DNA of 64,000 bases from an uncultured Mycoplasmatota bacterium (GCA_946407055.1 CAMJMP010000001.1:6847-70846), one strand, 5' to 3'. Numbered from the stretch's first letter, positions 38,162 to 48,507 are shown. Translations and numbers: made by a program. The notes: generated by a model from the sequence alone, not told the origin.

Positions 38162-38636
38162 TTTGATTTTGATACAGATATAGTATCAAAGATAATCATT
38201 CAGTTTTTATCGAAACAAAAGCAAAAAAATATGTCAGGATTTGACGGTAGTACAGCTAACGGATTTGTTATGAGAGCAATTCCAGAAACATTTTCAAATC
38301 TCAGAGATGGAATCCAAAATCCATTTTATGGTATTGTTAGTTTTAAAGCATTTACTTGTTTTTATTCAAAATAATATGATATTTAATCATATAATTACAT
38401 CTATTCCAATAGAATTAGTTCCAGAAATACCCCTATCACCATCAAATATTGAAAATTTTAAATATAGAATAATATACTTAAATTATGACACCAGAAGATT
38501 TAACACAATTTTTAAAAGAAAACCTAAAAATAGACGTTTGGAGTGAATACGATGATGAACATGGTTTACAAAAAATTAATGTAGGCTTATACTTAGGTAA
38601 TGAAAAAATTAGTACATCATGTAGTTATTTATAGTT

Positions 38637-38969
38637 ATGATTGATTTTGAAACTCTTGGATATAAAAATGTAACAAAAGATAATCCAATTCGTTTTTCAG
38701 AATGTCTTGGTGAATTTTTTGAAAGTGTTTATCCTTATGATAAAAGATATTATAGAAAAGATGGATGCATAGAAATAGAATTAAAAGTAGGAAATCATTA
38801 TGATTTGTATTTTATTTCTGGCATTTGTTATTATCCTAAAGGATGGCAAAAATTTGAAATTATTAATCCAGAAAAACATATTATTGAATATCTTAATAAA
38901 ACTCTTGATACAATAAAACATAAAATAGCAAATAATTTAGAACATTATGGATTACGAACAGAGATATAA
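38637..38969 (+). CDS. Hypothetical protein
   Basis: 110-aa ORF. Confidence 0.35.
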   Translation: MIDFETLGYKNVTKDNPIRFSECLGEFFESVYPYDKRYYRKDGCIEIELKVGNHYDLYFISGICYYPKGWQKFEIINPEKHIIEYLNKTLDTIKHKIANNLEHYGLRTEI

Positions 38970-39732
38970 AGAGGCTTTAGATGAGGCTAAAGCAATTCAT
39001 AAAGCTATAAAACAAGACTTAAAGCCAGTTATAGAACAAATCTTTCCTGAACTTAAAGAGTCAGATGATGAGAGGATAAGGAAAGCAATAATTTGTGGAA
39101 TGAATGCTTTAAAAAAGGGCAATAAAATATACTTTGCTGACATCTATATTGATGATATTCTTGCTTGGCTTGAAAAGCAAGGTGAGCAGAAGTCTGCCAA
39201 TAAGGTTGAGCCAAAGTTCAAGGAGGGTGATTGGGTTGTGTTTAATGGTCTCACCCTTTATATAAATGAAGTTGTAAAAGGGTATTATAGAACAATATCT
39301 AAAAGTGGTACACCTAATAGTTATGATTGGAATATTGATAATGCAGCAAGACTTTGGACAATTAAAGATGCAAAAGATGGTGATGTGCTTTTTCATTCAG
39401 ATTCTGCTTCCAATGGAATTTTTATATTTAAAGAATTATTAAAATATGAATTTGGTGAAAAAGTAATATGTTATTGTGATTACGATTCTGAAGACCATTT
39501 TTGTTTAGGTGAACATCATACTTGTTGCTGGGCAGATGCTAAAATTCTTCATCCAGCCACTAAAGAACAGCGTGAAACTCTCTTTGAAAAAATGAAATTA
39601 GAGGGTTACAGATGGGATGAAGATGAAAAGAAAGTAATAAGATTTGAAAGATTTGTTAGAAGAGAAGAAAGTGATTTTGCTTTTAAAGAAGATGAAAATG
39701 GAGTCATAAAATTTGTTCACGAGAAAAATTAA
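38947..39732 (+). CDS. Member 1 of a three-gene paralog family ('IFPELKE..DE.IRK / WLEKQG / KPKFK.GDW / ATKEQR..LF')
   Basis: Shares four collinear motif blocks with the genes at 41992 and 42919. Confidence 0.45.
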   Translation: MDYEQRYKEALDEAKAIHKAIKQDLKPVIEQIFPELKESDDERIRKAIICGMNALKKGNKIYFADIYIDDILAWLEKQGEQKSANKVEPKFKEGDWVVFNGLTLYINEVVKGYYRTISKSGTPNSYDWNIDNAARLWTIKDAKDGDVLFHSDSASNGIFIFKELLKYEFGEKVICYCDYDSEDHFCLGEHHTCCWADAKILHPATKEQRETLFEKMKLEGYRWDEDEKKVIRFERFVRREESDFAFKEDENGVIKFVHEKN

Positions 39733-39734
39733 TT

Positions 39735-40001
39735 ATGGAAACAATATTAATTACATTTAGTATATTAATAATAACATTTATTGTTGGAGGTATTATTTGG
39801 GCAAACATAGCAGAACGTAGACATTTTAATAATGGTATTTGTCCTTGTTGTGGACAACCTCTAAGATGTTTTGATATGGACTCGCAAGGCGGCTATTTAT
39901 GGAAGTGTGATAATTGTGGTTATTTTACCTCTACGAGTTGGATAAAACATAAAAATGTTAAAATACAAAGGAAACGACAAATTAATTATGGCACACTGTA
40001 A
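39735..40001 (+). CDS. Small membrane-anchored zinc-ribbon protein
   Basis: N-terminal transmembrane helix followed by 'CPCCGQ...CDNCGY'. Confidence 0.35.
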   Translation: METILITFSILIITFIVGGIIWANIAERRHFNNGICPCCGQPLRCFDMDSQGGYLWKCDNCGYFTSTSWIKHKNVKIQRKRQINYGTL

Positions 40002-40404
40002 TTTATTATTTGTTGGTAAAATATCAGATCTTCAAAGAATATTTGATAATGCTCCAGATAGTTCTTCTGAGACAGCAGCAGAAATAACAATCGGTGCTGA
40101 TTATGTAGATTGGGAAGATGAATATTGGGGTAGTGGCGAATTTACTAAGTTTACTAAAAAAACTAAAGGGATCTGTCATTTAAATTATAATGATGTCATT
40201 GAAGGACATTGGTATGATTGTTATGACGTCAGAGATCCTAATCATTATGGCAGTTTTGATTGTCTTAATTGTCCCGATTATGAACCTTATGAAGAAGGAA
40301 TAAAATGGGAAGAGAGAGAAAAAAGAAATAAAGCTAGAGCTATAGAAGCAATAAAGAAATTACCTGATGATACAGTATTTTTCTTTGCAGATAGTCATTG
40401 GTAA
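39988..40404 (+). CDS. Hypothetical protein
   Basis: ORF with an ATG at 39988. Confidence 0.35.
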   Translation: MAHCNLLFVGKISDLQRIFDNAPDSSSETAAEITIGADYVDWEDEYWGSGEFTKFTKKTKGICHLNYNDVIEGHWYDCYDVRDPNHYGSFDCLNCPDYEPYEEGIKWEEREKRNKARAIEAIKKLPDDTVFFFADSHW

Positions 40405-40418
40405 TAAATAGAAAATAT

Positions 40419-40823
40419 ATGAAAGTAACAGAATTAATGATAGGCGATTACGTCAAATATCAAGGATATAATTATATTATTGAAGAAATTTCTACAAAAG
40501 GTTGGATACATCTTATTCATCCAGAAGTAAAAGTAAGAGTAAATATGACGAGTGATTATATAATTGACTTGTTAGAACCTATTCCAATTACTCCCGAGAT
40601 ACTTAAAGCAAATGGATTTGAACAAAGTATGGATGATGAAGATAAATATTATTTTGAAGATAGTAGTATTATCTTTAAACATAATGATAAATATCTGTTT
40701 AGTGCTTCTATAAACGGAAGTAAAGGTATGTTATATCTCTGTGCAAATTACGTGCATGAATTACAACATGCACTTAAAATATGTGGTCTTAATGAGTTAG
40801 CTGATAATTTAAAATTGAAATAA
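40419..40823 (+). CDS. Hypothetical protein
   Basis: ORF with an ATG at 40419. Confidence 0.35.
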   Translation: MKVTELMIGDYVKYQGYNYIIEEISTKGWIHLIHPEVKVRVNMTSDYIIDLLEPIPITPEILKANGFEQSMDDEDKYYFEDSSIIFKHNDKYLFSASINGSKGMLYLCANYVHELQHALKICGLNELADNLKLK

Positions 40824-40824
40824 T

Positions 40825-41250
40825 ATGAAAAAGCTTATAGACTATCTTCTTTTAAAAATAATATTACGCCAAAGAATGGTAAATATTAAGGAAATGATGG
40901 ACTTATCAGAAGTAACAGACGTATACGCTAAATATGTTTGTAAAATGCACAATAGGTCAAAGTGGTGGATGGGAGAATTGACAACTTTCTATGTTGAAAT
41001 TGGTCAATCTTTTATGAATGGATATATCAAAGCACTTCATGATAATGGTTTAGAGTTCAAAAATGGACTTGTCAAAAAAAGAGATATTACTCATGATATG
41101 CCCATTGGAGCACTCAAATATTATCGTGAAGATGCAATTGAAGAAACAAAAAATAAAGCTGCTGATATACTTCAAAAAGTATTAGAGAAATATGAAACCT
41201 CAAAAACTAATATAGCAACTATTGTTAGCGATTTTAAAAAAGCATTGTAA
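40825..41250 (+). CDS. Hypothetical protein
   Basis: 141-aa ORF. Confidence 0.35.
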   Translation: MKKLIDYLLLKIILRQRMVNIKEMMDLSEVTDVYAKYVCKMHNRSKWWMGELTTFYVEIGQSFMNGYIKALHDNGLEFKNGLVKKRDITHDMPIGALKYYREDAIEETKNKAADILQKVLEKYETSKTNIATIVSDFKKAL

Positions 41251-41253
41251 AAC

Positions 41254-41772
41254 ATGGAACATATTATAATAAGATGTAAACATTGCAAAAAAGAATATAT
41301 TTATTGCACATACGGTAATGGACCTGAATATGGCACAGAAGAAGGTTGTTCAAAAGAATATTGTGCTGAATGTCAACAAGCTATTGATAATGCATTAGCT
41401 AATATTCCTGTTAAGTTTAAACCTATTAAAGTAGAAATAACTGATGAAAAAGAGAAAAAGAAAATCTTAAGTCAGTTAGATGATATTAAAACAAAAGCAG
41501 AAAAAAAGGATGTATTTCATGTAATTAGGTTAAATTGGGGTTCATCGAACTATGATAATATAGACATATATACTTATAATTCAAAAACGTATTATGTAGA
41601 ATATAATGATGATACACCTAATGATAAGCATCTTTTAATTGAAATGGAATACGATATTACAGCAGAAAAAGTAACTTCAAAGTTGTGGAAAACAACTCAT
41701 AAAAATTCTTTTCAGCATGGACGTAATATTGTTAATGAATTAAAGCATTTGAAAAATAAACATGGATTATAA
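41254..41772 (+). CDS. Hypothetical protein with an N-terminal Cys-rich zinc-binding motif
   Basis: 'CKHCKK...CAECQQ'. Confidence 0.35.
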   Translation: MEHIIIRCKHCKKEYIYCTYGNGPEYGTEEGCSKEYCAECQQAIDNALANIPVKFKPIKVEITDEKEKKKILSQLDDIKTKAEKKDVFHVIRLNWGSSNYDNIDIYTYNSKTYYVEYNDDTPNDKHLLIEMEYDITAEKVTSKLWKTTHKNSFQHGRNIVNELKHLKNKHGL

Positions 41773-41983
41773 AAATATAGAAATGTGGTTTGCTCGTAGC
41801 ACTGAATATAATTTTTTATATGTGTTCATTGCTAAACCAACTTACAATGAAGAATATGGTGTATGGGAAGACCTTGAATCCGAAAATGGATATGAACCAC
41901 TCTGTCTATATGACAAGTGTTATCTTGATATTACTTTTGAAAATTCTCCAATGAAAGTTTCTGATTATTTTAAATATAAATAA
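41762..41983 (+). CDS. Hypothetical small protein
   Basis: 73-aa ORF. Confidence 0.3.
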   Translation: MDYKNIEMWFARSTEYNFLYVFIAKPTYNEEYGVWEDLESENGYEPLCLYDKCYLDITFENSPMKVSDYFKYK

Positions 41984-41991
41984 ATAAAATT

Positions 41992-42915
41992 ATGAGCGAA
42001 TTTAGTATAGAAGAAAAAGCAAATGCATATAATGTTGCTCTTAAAAAAGCGAAGACACTATTATCTAAATGTAAATGCGATAGAAATAAAACAACAATGA
42101 TTTATCGTGCTGAAGATATAGAGTCTATTTTTCCAGAATTGAAAGAATTTAGTGATGAAGAAATAAAGAAATGGCTTATTAGATATTTTCAAGAGTATAA
42201 ATCAATTGGTATTATAGAAGAATTTGGTAATGGATTAAAAGTTACTGATGTTATTTCTTGGCTTGAAAAGCAAAATGAATCATCTATTAAATGGAATAAA
42301 AATACTCCAGGAAATAAACCATCAATATATCATTCTATTCTTATGAAAACTACTCATGGTATCGCTGAAGGAGAATGGAGAGGTGAATGTTGGTGTCAAT
42401 ATAGATGGTCAACAAATCATATAAAAGATAGTGATGTTTTAGCATGGATGGAATTATCTGATTTAGATAAATCATTTGATAAAATTAAACCAAAGTTTAA
42501 AATTGGTGATTGGATTAGTAACGGTGCTTGTACTTGGAGAATAGATTTAATAGAAGACGATCTATATTGTAGTAATTGTGATAAATTCACTTGTGAAGGA
42601 GATATTAAATCTATTGATGAACAATATCATCTTTGGACTATTGAAGATGCTAAAGATGGTGATATACTTGTTACAGAAAATGAAAAACCTTTCATCTTTA
42701 AAGGTTTGGATATAAGTCATTCAGATAAACCTATTGCATACGGTGGAATAGTTGATAGTGGTTATTTCACTCCTAGTAGTAATAATTGTACTAATAGATG
42801 GACTGATGGAAATGCATATCCAGCAACCAAAGAACAACGTGATCTTTTATTTAAAGAAATAAAAAAAGCAGGGTATAAATGGAATAAAAATAAAAAGGAA
42901 TTAAAAAGATTATAA
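41992..42915 (+). CDS. Member 2 of the three-gene paralog family
   Basis: 'IFPELKEFSDEEIKK', 'WLEKQNESS', 'KPKFKIGDW', 'HLWTIEDAKDGDIL' and 'YPATKEQRDLLFKEIKKAGYKW'. Confidence 0.45.
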   Translation: MSEFSIEEKANAYNVALKKAKTLLSKCKCDRNKTTMIYRAEDIESIFPELKEFSDEEIKKWLIRYFQEYKSIGIIEEFGNGLKVTDVISWLEKQNESSIKWNKNTPGNKPSIYHSILMKTTHGIAEGEWRGECWCQYRWSTNHIKDSDVLAWMELSDLDKSFDKIKPKFKIGDWISNGACTWRIDLIEDDLYCSNCDKFTCEGDIKSIDEQYHLWTIEDAKDGDILVTENEKPFIFKGLDISHSDKPIAYGGIVDSGYFTPSSNNCTNRWTDGNAYPATKEQRDLLFKEIKKAGYKWNKNKKELKRL

Positions 42916-42918
42916 ATT

Positions 42919-43833
42919 ATGAGTGAACTTACTATAGAGCAAAAAGCTAAACTTTATGATGAAGTTGTTGAAAGAGCTAAGAAATGGTATAATGCACCAA
43001 ATGTAGATAAAATACCTACTTTTGGTAACAAGATTATTGAAGACATATTCCCTGAACTCAAAGAGCCAGAGGATGAACAAATAAGGAAAGAACTTATTGA
43101 TTATCTGAAAGAACGTAAGAGTGGTGAGAGTTATGGTCAGTATGTCCTAAGATATGACCGTTGGATTAATTGGATTGAAAAGCAAGGACAATCGAAGAAA
43201 ATTTCTATTTGGAAACATTGGAAAAATGGTATTGCTGGAAACGGAGACGGTAAACTTATCTTTTTAATAAAAAGTGGTCCTACATATAGTTTAAGTTCAT
43301 GTCTTAGCTTTGAATGTGATTATATAGAACTTTCGGAATTGGATAGCCTTATGCTTGAAAAGCAAGATAATGCTAATGAAGAATATTGGAGAGGTTACAG
43401 AGAGGGTAAGCAAGAAGTTCTTGATAAATATTCTGAACTTGAAAAACAAATTGTACAAAATATTAATATACCTTGGCATGATGTAAACGAAGAACCAGAA
43501 GAACATCGTGAACTTTTTTGTGAATGGAAAGGTTATGCTGATAGTATATGGCACGATGTTGCTTTTTATCATCCAAGTAATAAAACATTTTGGAATGGAG
43601 AGGATCAAATAGAAAATGTTGTTAAATGGGCTTATATAGATGAAATGCTCGAAGAACAACCTCAATCACAGATTAAACCAAAATTTAAAGCTGGTGATAC
43701 TATTCAATGTGTTTCCGATGAAACAGACAAACGTACAATAGCTAGCTCTATATGTACAGGTATATGTGAGACTTGCACATTAAATCCCTGTCCTAATTGG
43801 GAAGATATAAACTGTGCAGCCGCAGGTAGATGA
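42919..43833 (+). CDS. Member 3 of the three-gene paralog family
   Basis: 'IFPELKEPEDEQIRK', 'WIEKQGQSKK' and 'KPKFKAGDT'; the C-terminus has diverged. Confidence 0.45.
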   Translation: MSELTIEQKAKLYDEVVERAKKWYNAPNVDKIPTFGNKIIEDIFPELKEPEDEQIRKELIDYLKERKSGESYGQYVLRYDRWINWIEKQGQSKKISIWKHWKNGIAGNGDGKLIFLIKSGPTYSLSSCLSFECDYIELSELDSLMLEKQDNANEEYWRGYREGKQEVLDKYSELEKQIVQNINIPWHDVNEEPEEHRELFCEWKGYADSIWHDVAFYHPSNKTFWNGEDQIENVVKWAYIDEMLEEQPQSQIKPKFKAGDTIQCVSDETDKRTIASSICTGICETCTLNPCPNWEDINCAAAGR

Positions 43834-43921
43834 TAGAGATCAATGTTAAGTATGACAGAGGAAGAAAAGCAATTGAAGTAATAGAAGGGATGTATAATTC
43901 ATAACTATAGGAGAAAGCAAA

Positions 43922-44410
43922 ATGGAAGCATGGTTAACATATGAAAAAGGTAAGTTTTATTTATGCAGAGATATAATGCTTACTAAAAAAGGTTGGGAAG
44001 GTGAAGGTGTAATGGCTGTTTTGTCTAAAGAAGATCTTCCAAAAGATTACACACCTCAAGAAAATCCTGTTGCATTTGAAATTCAACTTCAACCGAGAAG
44101 AAAAGAATTGATAAAATATGATCCTTCACACATAGATAATGAATGGGAATCAAAATCAAAGTCATATAAATATACTGCTAAAAGCTTAGATGATATAATT
44201 CCTTTTGGAAAATATAAAGGTTATACTCTTAAAGCAGTTTTTAATAAAGGTGATTGGAGATATATTCGATGGTTAAATGATGAACATATTGTATATTATC
44301 CTAGTGATCTAAGAGGTAAAATAAAACAAACTATATATCTAATGGCAAATTACGATTATCCAAATCCTTATTATTTTGATTATGTGATTGATAGTAACTA
44401 TTATGATTAA
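43922..44410 (+). CDS. Hypothetical protein (one of the few genes here with a strong Shine-Dalgarno, AGGAGA)
   Basis: 162-aa ORF with AGGAGAAAGCAAA upstream of the ATG. Confidence 0.4.
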   Translation: MEAWLTYEKGKFYLCRDIMLTKKGWEGEGVMAVLSKEDLPKDYTPQENPVAFEIQLQPRRKELIKYDPSHIDNEWESKSKSYKYTAKSLDDIIPFGKYKGYTLKAVFNKGDWRYIRWLNDEHIVYYPSDLRGKIKQTIYLMANYDYPNPYYFDYVIDSNYYD

Positions 44411-44819
44411 TAAAAAAGAAAAATTTTATATATTATATTTTTCAGTATTTCTCATTGCATTACTTGTTTTTATTTTAGGAACTATTTTTAAACCTCGTGA
44501 TGTATTAATGAGAGAAACTAATGATTATCTTTACTATAAAGAATATACTTTATTCGGTTTAGATTCTGCTTGTTATAAATATCACAAACCTATTGAATAT
44601 GATGGTGTAGTTTTTGATAAATCTAGATCGTCTCATTTTGTAGGTGTCGTTGGTAAAGGAGGTCATTGTGTTACTACATATAAAACAACTGTTAGTTATA
44701 ACGGAAAAACATATACATACGAAGGTCTATGGGTATATGATCATTATAATAAAGGAGATAAAGTAATTATTACAGAAACTTTTTATCCTAAATATAAAAT
44801 TGATTTTAGACATAAATGA
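44403..44819 (+). CDS. Hypothetical membrane-anchored protein
   Basis: ATG at 44403; N-terminal transmembrane helix. Confidence 0.35.
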   Translation: MINKKEKFYILYFSVFLIALLVFILGTIFKPRDVLMRETNDYLYYKEYTLFGLDSACYKYHKPIEYDGVVFDKSRSSHFVGVVGKGGHCVTTYKTTVSYNGKTYTYEGLWVYDHYNKGDKVIITETFYPKYKIDFRHK

Positions 44820-45214
44820 CACAAGAAGATAAAAAACTATTGTTCAAAGACCTTTCAGCAAGATTGCCATATCATGTAAGAGTAAAAGTTTGGCTTAAAG
44901 ATGGAACAACAGAAGAAGGTGCATTAGATTTAGAGCACAATTATGCTGATGTTTTAAGAGATACATTTTATTATAATAAAATTGTTGATATTAAGCCATA
45001 TCTCCGTCCGATGTCAAACATGACTGAGGAAGAGGATAAGGAATATGGTCTTTTATGTTTTGACGTATCTTATTATGACAAAGATACACCAAAGTGTAGT
45101 TTTAAGTTGATAAAATGGTTACTTGAAAAGCATTTTGACTTCTTAGAATTAATACCGAAAGGTCTTGCAATTGAAGTTACTAAAGAAAATAATCCGTATA
45201 AAATAATAAACTAA
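44816..45214 (+). CDS. Hypothetical protein
   Basis: 132-aa ORF. Confidence 0.35.
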   Translation: MTQEDKKLLFKDLSARLPYHVRVKVWLKDGTTEEGALDLEHNYADVLRDTFYYNKIVDIKPYLRPMSNMTEEEDKEYGLLCFDVSYYDKDTPKCSFKLIKWLLEKHFDFLELIPKGLAIEVTKENNPYKIIN

Positions 45215-45216
45215 AT

Positions 45217-45399
45217 ATGGCACAGTACATAGACAAATCTGATTTAATTACAGAAATAGAGCAAAGAATTAGTGAAAACAACGAAAAGGCAGTATCCTAT
45301 TCAAGTAATTCAGAGCATGATTATTTATACAGATTTGAAAATAAAATTTATGAAAGTTTACTTTCTTTCATTAAAAAACTTGAAGTGAAAGAAATATGA
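45217..45399 (+). CDS. Hypothetical small protein
   Basis: 60-aa ORF. Confidence 0.3.
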   Translation: MAQYIDKSDLITEIEQRISENNEKAVSYSSNSEHDYLYRFENKIYESLLSFIKKLEVKEI

Positions 45400-45520
45400 G
45401 TTACACACCTGAATTAAATAAACCATGCACAAGAAATTGTAAAGAATGTGTTTATATTAACTTGTGTATTAATAAAGAATCTGAAAATTATTATATTAAA
45501 TACAATCAAGACTTAAAATT

Positions 45521-45916
45521 ATGAATAAAGTATTTTTAGGAGGTACTTGTAATGAAAGTACTTGGAGAAATGAACTAATTCCATTGTTAAAAATTGATTA
45601 TTTTAATCCTGTTGTAGAAGATTGGACACCAGAATGTCAAGCAGAAGAGGAATATCAAAAGAATGAAGAATGTAATTATCATCTTTATGTTATTACTCCG
45701 AAAATGACAGGAGTATTTTCTATTGCAGAAGTAATAGAGTCTGCTATTACAAGAAATGATAAAGCTATATTTTGTATTATTCTTAAAGATGGAGACCTTG
45801 AATTTACTAAAGAACAAATTAAGTCACTAAATGCTGTTGGTAATATGGTTAAGAAGTATAACGGCATTTGGTGTCAATCTTTAGAAGAAATAGCAAACTA
45901 TTTAAATAATATCTAA
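45521..45916 (+). CDS. Nucleoside 2-deoxyribosyltransferase-like (Rossmann-like) protein
   Basis: N-terminal 'KVFLGGTCNESTWR..LIPLL' resembles the NDT/DNPH1-family nucleotide-binding loop. Confidence 0.35.
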   Translation: MNKVFLGGTCNESTWRNELIPLLKIDYFNPVVEDWTPECQAEEEYQKNEECNYHLYVITPKMTGVFSIAEVIESAITRNDKAIFCIILKDGDLEFTKEQIKSLNAVGNMVKKYNGIWCQSLEEIANYLNNI

Positions 45917-45918
45917 TT

Positions 45919-46275
45919 ATGAGAATTTATACTTTACCAAAACAAGCTAAAAGACTTATAAAAGCAGGAATTGATGAAAATACTGCTGATATGAGATTTA
46001 ATATGTGGGATGTAGCCTATGTTAGATATAATGAACCAATAGATGAATATCATACAGCTTGTTGGAGTCTTATGGGATTACTTAATATTTTGCATGACTA
46101 CACTTTGCAAACCACTACAAATGGAAAAGTATTTGTAGTTTGTGATAATGAGAAGCCTATAATTTCAGGTATCTACAAGAATCCTGTTGATGCTTGTGTA
46201 GATGCAATAATTAAACGTCAAAAAATTCAAAATGAAAGCGTACACAGACATAGAACAGAGTCAAAAACTCGCTGA
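45919..46275 (+). CDS. Hypothetical protein
   Basis: 118-aa ORF. Confidence 0.35.
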   Translation: MRIYTLPKQAKRLIKAGIDENTADMRFNMWDVAYVRYNEPIDEYHTACWSLMGLLNILHDYTLQTTTNGKVFVVCDNEKPIISGIYKNPVDACVDAIIKRQKIQNESVHRHRTESKTR

Positions 46276-46564
46276 AATACTACCAAAAGAAACTGCTGAT
46301 TTCCATTTTAAATATTATTCAGTTCTTGAAGGTTGGTGTGATATTCCTCATTATGGAACAGTATCACATATTAAAGACCTTCCTTGTTGGAGTTTAGCAG
46401 CACTGATTGAAGCTTTACCAAAAATATATGAGTTAAAACCACTAATAGATTTAGAAGGAAATTCTATTATGTATAGTGGTCTTTATATTGATGTATCAGC
46501 AGATAACCTTATTGATTCTTGTGTAGAAATGATTGTTAAATTACATGAACTTAAAGTGCTATAA
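46232..46564 (+). CDS. Hypothetical protein
   Basis: 110-aa ORF overlapping the upstream gene. Confidence 0.3.
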   Translation: MKAYTDIEQSQKLAEILPKETADFHFKYYSVLEGWCDIPHYGTVSHIKDLPCWSLAALIEALPKIYELKPLIDLEGNSIMYSGLYIDVSADNLIDSCVEMIVKLHELKVL

Positions 46565-46718
46565 TTATGGAAAATAAAGAAAAAATAAGTGAAATCATTC
46601 AGCAATGTTTTGATATGATAGGTAAATCTCTTTCCGACTCAATAGCTCATGCTATAAGTGAAGGCTATAAATTAGGTTGGGAAGAAGGTTATAAAAATTC
46701 AACAATATTTAAATAATT

Positions 46719-48092
46719 ATGGATCCAATAGTAATACAAGGAAAATATACTAAAGCAGAAATATACGCAAAAACTATAGAAGATGGTGTATATTCTCAAA
46801 TATATGATATAATCAATTGTCCAGCTTTCAAAGATAAAAAAGTAGTCCTTATGCCAGATGTTCATGTTGGAGCATCTGGTCCTTGTGGACTATGTGCTGA
46901 AATTGGTGACTGGATTTGTCCAGAACACGTTGGTGTTGATATAGGTTGTACTGTATCAATGATGGTTCTTAATAAAAAGATACCTGTTGAAAAATATGCT
47001 GAAATAGAGCATAAAATTAAAAAAGAAATCCCAATGGGTACTAATATTAGAGATATTTCTATTTTTAAAGCAAATAGAATACTTTCTAATTATTTACAAG
47101 AAAAGGATTTCTATAAATTTTTATCAACAAATTTCAATATATATCGTCAGTATTGGCCTGAAATGCTTAATGATTTGCCAACAACTGTAACAGAAGAGTG
47201 GATTTCATCACAACTTAAACGTCTTGGTATGGATGAAGGTGTGTTTTATAAATCTCTCGGAACTATAGGCGGTGGTAATCATTTCATTGAATATGATGAA
47301 TCTGACGATACTGAATATTCTTCTGCTATAACTCTTCATTTTGGTTCAAGAAACTTTGGAGTTAAGATTTGTAAGTATTGGACTGCAAAAGCAGGAAAAG
47401 GTGTTGATAAATCAAAACTAAAAGAAATTACTAAAAACTTCAAAGAAGAGTATAAGAAAACACATTCTGATATGAAGGACTTTCAATCAGCTTTATCAGA
47501 GGTTATAGAACAAGAAAAAGCTAAACTTATTCCTGGTTATTTAACAGGAGAAAATATGAAAGGCTATCTAATAGATATGTGTTTCGGACAACTTTATGCT
47601 TTATATAATCATAGAGTTGTACAAAATATCATAAGTGGAATTTTATATAAATATGATATTAAAGTAAAGGAAATTGTACATACATCGCATAATTTTATTG
47701 ATTTGGAAGATCATATTCTTAGAAAGTCTGCAATTAGTGCAAAATTCAGAGAACCTATGATTGTTCCATTTAATATGAGAGATGGTGTTGCAATATGTAT
47801 TGGAGTTGGAAACGATAATTGGTTAAATTCTTGTGCTCATGGAGCTGGACGTAAAATGTCTCGATCTAAAGCAAAAGAAACATTATCAATGGAAGAGTTT
47901 AAGAATACTATGTCAAACATATATTCTACTTCTGTCAGTGAAAATACCATTGATGAATCTCCTATGGCATATAAAGACTCTGAAGAAATACAAGAAATTA
48001 TACAAGATACTTGTGTAATTAAATGTAGATTATTTCCTAAAATTAGTATTAAATGTGATGAGGCTCCTTTAGAACCTTGGAAAAATAAGTAA
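46719..48092 (+). CDS. rtcB: RtcB-family RNA 3'-phosphate/5'-OH ligase
   Basis: 'LMPDVHVGASGPCG' metal-binding N-terminal motif and 'NSCAHGAGRKMSR' RtcB signature; 457 aa. Confidence 0.75.
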   Translation: MDPIVIQGKYTKAEIYAKTIEDGVYSQIYDIINCPAFKDKKVVLMPDVHVGASGPCGLCAEIGDWICPEHVGVDIGCTVSMMVLNKKIPVEKYAEIEHKIKKEIPMGTNIRDISIFKANRILSNYLQEKDFYKFLSTNFNIYRQYWPEMLNDLPTTVTEEWISSQLKRLGMDEGVFYKSLGTIGGGNHFIEYDESDDTEYSSAITLHFGSRNFGVKICKYWTAKAGKGVDKSKLKEITKNFKEEYKKTHSDMKDFQSALSEVIEQEKAKLIPGYLTGENMKGYLIDMCFGQLYALYNHRVVQNIISGILYKYDIKVKEIVHTSHNFIDLEDHILRKSAISAKFREPMIVPFNMRDGVAICIGVGNDNWLNSCAHGAGRKMSRSKAKETLSMEEFKNTMSNIYSTSVSENTIDESPMAYKDSEEIQEIIQDTCVIKCRLFPKISIKCDEAPLEPWKNK

Positions 48093-48096
48093 TGTT

Positions 48097-48507
48097 ATGT
48101 GTTTAACAAGATCAAACATGAATTGTGGTCCTAGATATGCAACTGAGGACATAATTTGTTATAAGATATTATATAAATTTAATAAAGGTATATATTGTTC
48201 TCCTTATATGAAGTTTCCATATAAGTTAAATGAACGTATATCATCTGATTTTAGTTTTGTATCTCTTCCTCCAGTAAAGATGTCTCCACAAAAAGAATAT
48301 AAGTTTATTAGAATTTTAACATATTTTAGACAAGTAAACAAAGGTTTACATTCGTTTAAATATTTAATAGATGCTAATAAATTTAATAATCGTTTTCTGG
48401 GAGGGACAGTTATGAAATGTATAATACCAAAAGGAAGTTGGTATTATGAAGGAAGAGGTGATGAATTAGTTTCTGATAATATAATAATAATTGAAGAAAG
48501 TAAATGA
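48097..48507 (+). CDS. Hypothetical protein
   Basis: 136-aa ORF. Confidence 0.35.
   Translation: MCLTRSNMNCGPRYATEDIICYKILYKFNKGIYCSPYMKFPYKLNERISSDFSFVSLPPVKMSPQKEYKFIRILTYFRQVNKGLHSFKYLIDANKFNNRFLGGTVMKCIIPKGSWYYEGRGDELVSDNIIIIEESK

Noticed and set aside
38162-38636. Gene-poor 475-nt stretch checked for tRNA or ncRNA
   Set aside because: No cloverleaf-like structure was seen. It contains only two short ORFs (47 and 49 aa) of uncertain reality plus the 79-aa ORF at 38307-38546; this is better treated as low-confidence intergenic sequence.
47833-48018. 61-aa + strand ORF
   Set aside because: Internal out-of-frame ORF within rtcB.
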